DNA of 64,000 bases. It comes from an uncultured Gammaproteobacteria bacterium (GTDB lineage: Bacteria > Patescibacteriota > Microgenomatia > Daviesbacterales > UBA10151). This document shows positions 56,901 to 64,000 of the stretch, one piece after another. Location: the NCBI GenBank assembly GCA_964500725.1, contig CAZCNP010000003.1:59476-123475 (forward strand). Direction: 5' to 3'. Made by a program: the position numbers and the translations under genes. The notes under the pieces were generated by a model, which saw only the letters and a list, made by a program, of their open reading frames with translations, had not been told where the DNA came from and did no database searches. The number at the start of each line of letters is the position of its first letter. The stretch's first letter is position 1.

Positions 56901-57224
56901 ATGTTCAAAATTGTTATCTTTGTGCCTATAAAAGATGCCCAAAAAGTTAGAAAAGCTATGGGAGATGCAGGAGCAGGGGTGTTGGGAAATTATACCCATG
57001 CTTCTTTTTCTACAAAAGGAATTGGTAGGTTTTTGCCTCAAGAGGGTGCTCATCCAGCAATTGGAAAGCTAGGAGAGCTTGCAGAGGTGGAAGAAGAAAG
57101 AATAGAAGTAATTTGCCAGAAAGAAAAAGTAAAAGAAGTAATAGCTGCAATTAAGGCAAATCATCCATATGAAGAGGTGCCTTTAGAAGTTTACCAATTA
57201 GTAGGTGAAGAGGAGTTAAACTAA
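56901..57224 (+). CDS. Small PII/CutA-like protein (uncertain family)
   Basis: 107 aa with a C-terminal 'HPYEEVPLEV' reminiscent of CutA-type HPYEVPE. The N-terminus does not match CutA well. Confidence 0.35.
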   Translation: MFKIVIFVPIKDAQKVRKAMGDAGAGVLGNYTHASFSTKGIGRFLPQEGAHPAIGKLGELAEVEEERIEVICQKEKVKEVIAAIKANHPYEEVPLEVYQLVGEEELN

Positions 57225-58112
57225 GGGTGGAAGGTTGATAAGTTGGACTTCAGGTTCCAGGGTAATTCCAAATTTGTCCTTAACTTTTTGAGCATATTCT
57301 TTGGCTAAATCATAAAAGGCCTTAGCTGTTCCAGCGCCTTGGTTGATAAATAAATTAGCATGGTATGGCGCTATTGCTATTCCATCTGAGGACTGGCCGC
57401 GGGCTCCTACCATCTCAAGGAGTGTTCCAGCAGGTAACTTACCATAAACAATTTTATCTTCAGGAATATTTTTTAGGATTTCTTGAGGGATTTCTGAGGC
57501 TACTAAATTTTTGAAAAAGCTGCCAGGACATTTAATTCCAGGAGGGTATTTAACCAATCTTTTGCTGATAGTTTCTTGGGCTTCTTGTTTTAAAATTTCT
57601 GGATTTCCTGATTCAAAAAGGAAACTAGCTTCTAATATTATGTATTTGCTTCTTTTAAAATTACTGTCTCTATAGTTAAAGCCACACTCTGATTTAGTTA
57701 AAGTGGTTATTTTATTACCATCAAAGACTACAACTTCAGAAAGATAATCAGAGATGGTTTGGCCATATGCTCCTGCATTGCCATAAACTGCCCCACCAAC
57801 TGTACCTGGTATTCCTGATAGCTTTTGTAATCCAGATAGACCATGACTTACAGTGTAGTCAACAAGTTCCTGCAAAGGAGTACCGCTTTTGACAGTTACA
57901 ATATTGCCTTTGCTTTCTACACCTGTAATTTCATTTTTTATGACTAAACAATCTACTCCTTCATCAGAAACAAGTAAATTACTGCCTCCTCCAATGATCA
58001 AAAAATCAGGATTGCTTTTAATTAGCTCCAATAATTCTTGTGGCGTCCGGACAACTTTAAAATCTTGAGCTTCCCCTCCAATCTCCAGGGTGGTGATTTT
58101 ACTCATTAACAT
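57216..58112 (-). CDS. murB: UDP-N-acetylenolpyruvoylglucosamine reductase
   Basis: The FAD-binding 'TLEIGGEAQDF…IIGGGSNLLVSDEGV' and 'SGIPGTVGGAVYGNAGAYG' are present. Length is 298 aa. Confidence 0.8.
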   Translation of the reverse strand: MLMSKITTLEIGGEAQDFKVVRTPQELLELIKSNPDFLIIGGGSNLLVSDEGVDCLVIKNEITGVESKGNIVTVKSGTPLQELVDYTVSHGLSGLQKLSGIPGTVGGAVYGNAGAYGQTISDYLSEVVVFDGNKITTLTKSECGFNYRDSNFKRSKYIILEASFLFESGNPEILKQEAQETISKRLVKYPPGIKCPGSFFKNLVASEIPQEILKNIPEDKIVYGKLPAGTLLEMVGARGQSSDGIAIAPYHANLFINQGAGTAKAFYDLAKEYAQKVKDKFGITLEPEVQLINLPPLV

Positions 58113-58127
58113 GTGTAGAATTGTACC

Positions 58128-58988
58128 ATGGAAAAGGCGGTCTTAAAAACTTTAATCTATGCTGATATTTTTGATTATCCTTTGAAAATAAATGAAATTC
58201 ACAAGTGGTTGGTAGGGAAAAAGTCAACTTTAAGGCAAGTAGACAGGACTGTAAAAAAGTTGAATCTTGAATCAAGAATTGGCAATTTTGGGGACTATTA
58301 CTTTTTAAAGGAAAGAAAACAATTAGTTAGAAAGAGATTATACAGAGTAAATCAGTCAGTAATTTATTTTAAAAAAGCAAAGATACTTTCTCAAATCTTA
58401 AAAATTATCCCCTGGATTAAACTGGTAGGAATATCTGGCGGACTATCTATGGAAAATGCTAGTAAAAAAGACGACATAGATTTGTTTATTATCCTAGGCA
58501 AAAACCGTTTATGGATTTCCAGGCTATTTATTTTAGGACTATTGTCTTTGGCAGGTCAAAGAAGAACAAGAGTTGGGAAAATTGCTGGGAAATTATGTGT
58601 CAATATTTTATTAGAAGAAGATAAGCTAGAACAGGTAAATAAGGATATTTTTATTTCTCATGAAGTTTTACAAATGAAGGTTTTATGGCAAAGGGATGGA
58701 ATGTATTCTAATTACCTTGAGGATAATTCCTGGGCTTTTAAATTTTTACCCAATTGGATAACTAATGAAAGCTTTAAAAATCATAAATCATATATCGTAA
58801 ATCATAAATCACCCTTAGATTATATAGAGAATCTAGCTAAATGGTTTCAGTTAAAGATTATGCAAAAACCAAGAGGTCTAGAGAGAATAGAAGATGGGGC
58901 TTTATATTTTCATCCAAAAGATTTAAGGCAGGAAGTTTTAACCAGGTATAAAAAGAGAATTACAAAGCTAAAAAGTATTGCAAATTAG
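58128..58988 (+). CDS. Pol-beta-superfamily nucleotidyltransferase domain protein (hypothetical)
   Basis: 'GISGGLSMENASKKDDIDLFII' fits hG[GS]…DhDh. Length is 286 aa. Confidence 0.4.
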   Translation: MEKAVLKTLIYADIFDYPLKINEIHKWLVGKKSTLRQVDRTVKKLNLESRIGNFGDYYFLKERKQLVRKRLYRVNQSVIYFKKAKILSQILKIIPWIKLVGISGGLSMENASKKDDIDLFIILGKNRLWISRLFILGLLSLAGQRRTRVGKIAGKLCVNILLEEDKLEQVNKDIFISHEVLQMKVLWQRDGMYSNYLEDNSWAFKFLPNWITNESFKNHKSYIVNHKSPLDYIENLAKWFQLKIMQKPRGLERIEDGALYFHPKDLRQEVLTRYKKRITKLKSIAN

Positions 58989-58996
58989 ACTTAAAG

Positions 58997-59302
58997 GTGA
59001 GCATAATATTTCTAAAGAGCATTATTATTATGCCCAAAAAAAGTAATTCCCAACAAGGTCACCTTCTTATATTATTACTACTGGTAATTGGGGTTGCTGC
59101 TGTATTGGTTTTTTTGGGAAGTAAGTATAAAAACCTTTTTTCTAAAGGATCTGTTGCGGGAACAACTTCTGTTTTAAATGTTAGTGGTATTTTTCCTTCC
59201 CTGGCTATGTTTGGGGATGCGAGAAATGCTGAGCCTGAATGTTGTAATGAGACTGGTATTGGAGCTTTAGTGAATTGGGCAGGCCGATTATGGGCGGTAT
59301 AA
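58997..59302 (+). CDS. Small signal-anchor/TM protein, possibly the detached N-terminus of the following large protein
   Basis: 'LLILLLLVIGVAAVLVFLG' is a TM segment. The ORF overlaps the start of 59275..62031 in another frame. Confidence 0.3.
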   Translation: MSIIFLKSIIIMPKKSNSQQGHLLILLLLVIGVAAVLVFLGSKYKNLFSKGSVAGTTSVLNVSGIFPSLAMFGDARNAEPECCNETGIGALVNWAGRLWAV

Positions 59303-62031
59303 CTTATCCTCCGCATAATTGGAACGGTAGTTACGATCCATTATATTCTATTAATCCTAGTACCTGGCAATTAACAAAATATCCATTAGTTTCTGAGAGA
59401 GGTCAGAGTGGCATTAGTGTTGGGGGTACCAATTCTGCCAGAATGATCCATAAAGAGTCTAACCAGCTAATTATTGGACCATATTTTATTAAAAATGATG
59501 GTTCTGTTAGAAAAATTACCCCGGATAAAATGCCAGGCCGCTTAACTGGTGTAGCCCGTCATTTAACAGATCCCAGCAATAAAGTCTACTTTTATACTAT
59601 GGAACAAGGACTTTATGAAGTTAATGTTAATGATTTATCTGTTAGGCAATTACATATAGATGCTAACAAAGAAGCAGGCAGGCTATCTAATCACATTTTA
59701 AGCCCAATTGCTCCTGGTGCCCATGGGAAATCAGCCTACTCTGGTCAAGGAAGATTAATTATTGCCAATAATGGTATTGATCCTGGTAAGCCGGTACCTC
59801 CGGGTGGGGGTTTGGCTGAATGGGATGGATCAGGAGATCCCGGCAGCGCTAGTTCGTGGAGAGTTATAGAAAATAATAAATTTACAGATATTACTGGACC
59901 TGGAGGTATTGAGGGCTCGCCTTCCAGTAATAGTCCAGTTTGGGCAATAGGCTGGGATAATAAATCAAACATTTTAAAGCTGTTGGATCAAGGGAGCTGG
60001 TATACCTATCGTTTGCCTAAATCTACTCATACATTTGATGATTATCATGGTTGGTTAACAGAATGGCCGAGAATTCATAAGCTTAACAATAATTCCTATA
60101 TTATGGATATGTTTGGGATGTTTTATTCGTTCCCGGGAGTTTTAGCAAGAATCATTCAGCGAGGAAAATTTAGATTCCCTAAGCAAGATCTATTTGAAAA
60201 TACCTATTCTGCAGCAGAAAAACCTCGAATAGTTAAACTGGTGGCGGTTGATAGATATTTGATGAACCTTGCAGGTACCTTATATGAACTACCATACCCA
60301 GAATCAGGAGGGGTGGGAAACATTAAGCCTATTTCAACACATAATAAACTAATTTACGATATGGCTTCATGGAGGGGCTTGCTGGTCTTAAGTGGAAATT
60401 TAACTAGCGCTGCAAATGATGGGCACTTTGTTAAATCTGAAGATGGAAAAACTGGATTATGGTTTGGCAGCATTGATGATTTGTGGAAATTAGGTTCACC
60501 AAGAGGGGTAGGCGGACCTTGGGCTAATACTCAGGTAATAGCCAATCAGCCTTCTGATCCATATCTTATGGCAGGTTATGATAGCAAAACTTTGCAAATA
60601 ACGCACAATTCTCAAAGTAATGTATCTTTTACAGTGGAAGTTGATTTAACAGGAAAGGGAGATTGGCAGGTTTATAATAAAGAGCCTTTTGTAGTTTTGC
60701 CAAAACAAACTTTTATACATAAATTTCCAGATGGATTTTCTGCTCAATGGGTGCGATTAAAAGCAAGCAGTGCTGCAACTGTTACAGCTAAATTTATTTA
60801 TTCTTCAGGTAAAGATGCTTTTAATGAAGGGTTTTGTAGTGCAACAGGGTGGGAAGCTCGTGAAGATCTACCTACCCCAGGACAATCATACAACTCATAC
60901 AGTCATGCTGTATTGCCAGATGGCAGGTTAAAACAAGCTGTTTTAGGAAATGATGGTAAAACTTTATATGCTCGATACCTAACTTGGAATCAAAGTAGTA
61001 AATCATGGGGAAATCCAACAAATTGGGAAAGCACGGCTGAGGGTTGGCCAGATCATAACGGCGCTTACTTGTCCTTTGATGAAGTAACCTTTCCTGATAA
61101 AAGGTTAAAACAAACATTCCTCAGCAGTGATGGTAAAAATCTATATTGGCGTTATTTGACTTGGGATCAATCTAGTAAAAAATGGTCTAGTATTGGGAAG
61201 TGGGAAAACAGAGGATCAAAGGATTTACCTAGTAGTATGGATTCTTACGCCTCCTTTGATCATATAGTATTGTCTGATAACCGAATTAAACAAACAGCAC
61301 TTTTATCCAATGGTAAAACTATTTACTATAGATACCTCAGTTGGAATGATCAAAGTAAATATTGGGATAACCTTACTCAATGGTATTCCCAAAGTCTAGA
61401 TTCTGCTGATTCAAACCAAAGATATAGAGGATTTGATAGTGTTGTATTTCCTGACAGTAGATTAAAAGAAACTTTAATAAGTGCTGACGGTAAAAATTTA
61501 TCTTGGCATTACTGGACAGCTTGTTCTGGATCAGGCGCCCCCTCATCTGGATCTGGAAGTGTTTCAACTCAGACAACAGAAGAATATACTACCTCCTATC
61601 AGGTAGCCTATGATAGCAGGCCTACTAATGAGACAGAATGGGGAGCAGAGCAAGTTTACGCAGAAAATATTAAAGTTACCCATACCTTTTCTTCTATCCC
61701 AGGAGATAAATTTATCTTTGTCAGATTTAAAACTAACAAAGGAAATACAGCAGTAAAACAATTAAAGGTAGTGCTTGTTGCTTCTCCTGCTCCTTCTGCA
61801 ACAGTTATACCAACTACAGTTTCAACCCAAGCTCCTGCAACTCAAATTTCTTGCAATAGGTGCAGTGTTATAAATGCTTATCAGCGAACTGAATTTAATT
61901 CAGAAGATTTAACTTGTAAAAGACCCTGGCCTGCTTCCAACCCTGTTACCAGAACTTGTGACTGCAGCTGTCCATCAGCAGGACTTGATGCTTCCTGGAA
62001 CAGTAGCTGTGCAGCAACTTGTGCACAATAA
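59275..62031 (+). CDS. Large secreted/surface-type protein (918 aa) with four ~55-aa tandem lectin-like repeats and a Cys-rich C-terminus
   Basis: The repeats read 'F(D)xVxxPDxRLKQxxLxxDGKxLYxRYLTWxQSSKxW…' four times (DNA about 60890-61530). The C-terminus is 'CNRCSV…CKRPW…CDCSCPSAGLDASWNSSCAATCAQ'. The listed ORF starts with TTG; an ATG lies at 59290. Confidence 0.6.
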   Translation: MGRPIMGGITYPPHNWNGSYDPLYSINPSTWQLTKYPLVSERGQSGISVGGTNSARMIHKESNQLIIGPYFIKNDGSVRKITPDKMPGRLTGVARHLTDPSNKVYFYTMEQGLYEVNVNDLSVRQLHIDANKEAGRLSNHILSPIAPGAHGKSAYSGQGRLIIANNGIDPGKPVPPGGGLAEWDGSGDPGSASSWRVIENNKFTDITGPGGIEGSPSSNSPVWAIGWDNKSNILKLLDQGSWYTYRLPKSTHTFDDYHGWLTEWPRIHKLNNNSYIMDMFGMFYSFPGVLARIIQRGKFRFPKQDLFENTYSAAEKPRIVKLVAVDRYLMNLAGTLYELPYPESGGVGNIKPISTHNKLIYDMASWRGLLVLSGNLTSAANDGHFVKSEDGKTGLWFGSIDDLWKLGSPRGVGGPWANTQVIANQPSDPYLMAGYDSKTLQITHNSQSNVSFTVEVDLTGKGDWQVYNKEPFVVLPKQTFIHKFPDGFSAQWVRLKASSAATVTAKFIYSSGKDAFNEGFCSATGWEAREDLPTPGQSYNSYSHAVLPDGRLKQAVLGNDGKTLYARYLTWNQSSKSWGNPTNWESTAEGWPDHNGAYLSFDEVTFPDKRLKQTFLSSDGKNLYWRYLTWDQSSKKWSSIGKWENRGSKDLPSSMDSYASFDHIVLSDNRIKQTALLSNGKTIYYRYLSWNDQSKYWDNLTQWYSQSLDSADSNQRYRGFDSVVFPDSRLKETLISADGKNLSWHYWTACSGSGAPSSGSGSVSTQTTEEYTTSYQVAYDSRPTNETEWGAEQVYAENIKVTHTFSSIPGDKFIFVRFKTNKGNTAVKQLKVVLVASPAPSATVIPTTVSTQAPATQISCNRCSVINAYQRTEFNSEDLTCKRPWPASNPVTRTCDCSCPSAGLDASWNSSCAATCAQ

Positions 62032-62112
62032 TTAAGATTAATAATCAGTCCTTGACAAGCAGTGCTAGTCTTTGATATAAATCTAACACAAACTGCTCCT
62101 TAGATTTTCAAT

Positions 62113-62433
62113 ATGGCTAAAACTAAATTAAATAACAGTAACAAAGTTTCAATTAAACCCCTCATGGGTTATGTGTTGGTTGCTCCCTCTGAAGCAGAAA
62201 GCAGAACTTCTTCTGGTATAATCCTGCCAGAATCAGCCCAGGAAAAACCAGCCCAGGGAAAAGTGGTAGCTTGCGGTGATGAGATGGTGATGGAAAATGG
62301 CAAGAGTGTTAAATGTCCAGTAAGTGTGGGAGATAAAGTAGTTTACAAAAAATGGGGTGGGGATGAAATAAAAGTTGATGGTAAAGAAATGAAACTAGTA
62401 AAATTTGATGATTTAATGGCAATATTAGAATAA
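62113..62433 (+). CDS. groES: Co-chaperonin GroES
   Basis: 'IKPLMGYVLVAPSEAESRTSSGIILPESAQEKPAQGKVVACGD' is typical of GroES. Length is 106 aa. Confidence 0.9.
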   Translation: MAKTKLNNSNKVSIKPLMGYVLVAPSEAESRTSSGIILPESAQEKPAQGKVVACGDEMVMENGKSVKCPVSVGDKVVYKKWGGDEIKVDGKEMKLVKFDDLMAILE

Positions 62434-62436
62434 ATT

Positions 62437-64000
62437 ATGGCAAAGATATTAAAATTTGATTCAGAAGCACGAGAAAAGCTACTTAAAGGCATTAATACCT
62501 TAACAGAGGCTGTGGCAACAACTCTTGGTCCTAAAGGCAGGAATGTAGCTTTGGATAAAAAATGGGGAGCTCCAAATGTAGTTCATGATGGGGTAACTGT
62601 TGCCAAAGAAATAGACTTGGAAGACCCATTTGAAAACATGGGAGCCCAGCTTTTAAAAGAAGCAGCTTCAAAAACAGCAGATGTTGCAGGAGATGGTACC
62701 ACCACAGCAACAATTCTTGCCAAAGCTATAGTTACAGAAGGCCTTAAAAATATCCAAGCTGGCTCAAACCCAATGATCTTAAAGCATGGGATAGAAAAAG
62801 CAGTAGTGGTTTTGGTAGAAGAGTTAAAGAAAATGAGCAAGAAAATCTCTACTCAGGAAGAAGTAGCTCAGGTAGCAACAATTGCTGCAGCAGATAGCCA
62901 AATTGGTAATCTAATAGCTGAATCCTTACAGAAAGTTGGTAAGGATGGAGTAGTCACAGTGGAAGAAGGTAAAACCATGGAGATGAGTGTAGATTATAAA
63001 GAGGGCATGGAGTTTGATAAAGGTTTTGTCTCCCCTTATTTTGTAACTGATACAGATAGAATGGAGGCGAGTATTGACGAGCCTCATATTTTAATTACTG
63101 ATAAAAAGATTTCCTCAGCTGCTGATTTAGTTCCATTCCTGGAGAAATTTGTCCAGGTTTCTAAAAGCTTAGTTATCATTGCTGATGAAGTAGAAGGTGA
63201 GGCTTTAGCCCTTTTAGTTGTTAATAAATTAAGAAGTACATTCAATGTTTTGGCAGTTAAAGCTCCTGGTTTTGGTGACAGGAGAAAAGAAATGCTGGAA
63301 GATATTGCTGTTTTAACCGGCGGAACAGTTATTTCTGAAGACACTGGCAAAAAGTTTGAATCAGTAGAAGTTACAGATTTAGGCAGGGCTGGCAGGGTAA
63401 CCTCAGATAAAGATAATACCTTAATTGTTGATGGTAAAGGGGTAAAAAGTAAAATTGAGGGAAGAATTGCCCAAATCAGAAGAGAACTTGCAAATTCTGA
63501 TTCAGAATTTGATAAAGAAAAGTTACAAGAAAGACTGGCAAAGCTAACTGGTGGAGTAGCAGTAATAAATGTTGGAGCTGCAACAGAAATAGAGTTAAAA
63601 GAGAAAAAAGAAAGAGTTATAGATGCAGTAGCTGCAACTAAAGCTGCTATTGAAGAAGGAATAGTTCCAGGTGGAGAAATAGCCTTGCTTAGAGCAGCAA
63701 AAGCACTAGATTCAATGGTTGTAGCAGAGGGTGAAGAAAAAGTTGGAGTAGAAATTGTTAAAAAAGCTTTGGAACAACCCTTCAGAATGTTGGTAAAAAA
63801 TGCAGGTATGGATGAGGGGATTGCTTTATCTAAAATTACATCAACTCAAGGGAATATGGGAATTGATGTTTTAGATGAGCAAGTTAAAGATTTGGTCAAA
63901 GCTGGAGTAATTGATCCTGTAAAAGTTACCAGATCTGCTTTGCAAAATGCTGCCTCAGTTGCAGTAATGGTGATGACAACAAATTGTTTAATTACAGACA
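62437..64000 (+). CDS. groEL: Chaperonin GroEL (partial, runs off the window end)
   Basis: It translates from the ATG at 62437 as [59 protein letters not shown]…, a canonical GroEL N-terminus. The end of the window truncates it. Confidence 0.9.
   Translation, partial: MAKILKFDSEAREKLLKGINTLTEAVATTLGPKGRNVALDKKWGAPNVVHDGVTVAKEIDLEDPFENMGAQLLKEAASKTADVAGDGTTTATILAKAIVTEGLKNIQAGSNPMILKHGIEKAVVVLVEELKKMSKKISTQEEVAQVATIAAADSQIGNLIAESLQKVGKDGVVTVEEGKTMEMSVDYKEGMEFDKGFVSPYFVTDTDRMEASIDEPHILITDKKISSAADLVPFLEKFVQVSKSLVIIADEVEGEALALLVVNKLRSTFNVLAVKAPGFGDRRKEMLEDIAVLTGGTVISEDTGKKFESVEVTDLGRAGRVTSDKDNTLIVDGKGVKSKIEGRIAQIRRELANSDSEFDKEKLQERLAKLTGGVAVINVGAATEIELKEKKERVIDAVAATKAAIEEGIVPGGEIALLRAAKALDSMVVAEGEEKVGVEIVKKALEQPFRMLVKNAGMDEGIALSKITSTQGNMGIDVLDEQVKDLVKAGVIDPVKVTRSALQNAASVAVMVMTTNCLITD

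Noticed and set aside
56901-57224. Confident call as CutA (divalent cation tolerance protein)
   Set aside because: Only the C-terminal HPYE(E)VP resembles CutA and the N-terminal half does not. I kept it as an uncertain PII/CutA-like small protein.
1-64000. Alternative genetic code (UGA recoding as in some CPR lineages)
   Set aside because: Long ORFs terminate cleanly with all three standard stops and no gene required read-through of TGA. The only in-frame stop noticed is a TAA in VirB4, so code 11 is assumed.
1-64000. tRNA/rRNA genes, integrase, transposase or relaxase genes
   Set aside because: I scanned intergenic regions for tRNA-like T-arm motifs and ORFs for recombinase, relaxase or coupling-protein motifs and found nothing convincing. 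The T4SS-like block is therefore not called a mobile element.

Overview
This is an AT-rich (~37% GC) bacterial chromosomal segment that spans the replication origin neighbourhood. The dnaA–dnaN genes and the rpmH–rnpA–yidD–yidC–jag syntenic block sit at 18.6–24.8 kb, and DnaA-box clusters lie between dnaA and dnaN and at the dnaA start. The short housekeeping genes (701-aa ValRS, short YidC, L25 with an acidic tail), the many orphan proteins and the pilin-like genes fit a reduced-genome Patescibacteria/CPR-like bacterium; this is inference from the sequence alone.

The first 18 kb holds a gene set resembling a Gram-positive-type type IV secretion system (T4SS): two tandem VirB2/TrbC-like pilins, a VirB6/TrbL-like polytopic membrane protein, a PrgI/VirB3-like protein, and a VirB4/ConE-like ATPase that is interrupted by an in-frame TAA. 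A VirB1-like lytic transglycosylase fused to an HExxH metallopeptidase domain is also present. Embedded in this block are three orphan genes of 1225, 110 and 581 aa with Cys-rich, zinc-ribbon-like ends, and two AbiEii (DUF1814) abortive-infection modules flank it. No VirD4, relaxase, integrase or transposase was seen.

The window is unusually rich in toxin–antitoxin and abortive-infection (TA/Abi) modules. I count two AbiEii modules, MNT/HepT, Doc/AbrB, RelE-like, VapBC and HicAB, plus two DUF4143 AAA ATPases and two AlbA_2/Schlafen-like HATPase_c_4 proteins that flank adenosylhomocysteinase. One DUF4143 ATPase gene appears to have inserted at the 5' end of a PfkB kinase gene, leaving a diverged duplicate of the kinase start codon region.

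The most unusual single gene is a 1601-aa protein that carries an M48-type HExxH motif near its N-terminus and an ABC1/UbiB-like atypical kinase domain near its C-terminus.

Other housekeeping genes are present: ahcY, valS, tsaD (carrying an in-frame heptanucleotide microsatellite), rnhA, rplY, thpR, murB, groES and partial groEL, together with a VanW protein, a sugar-binding lipoprotein, an O-antigen-ligase/flippase pair, a DUF4012 fusion protein and a 918-aa repeat protein. No tRNA or rRNA genes, no real CRISPR array and no cas genes were detected.
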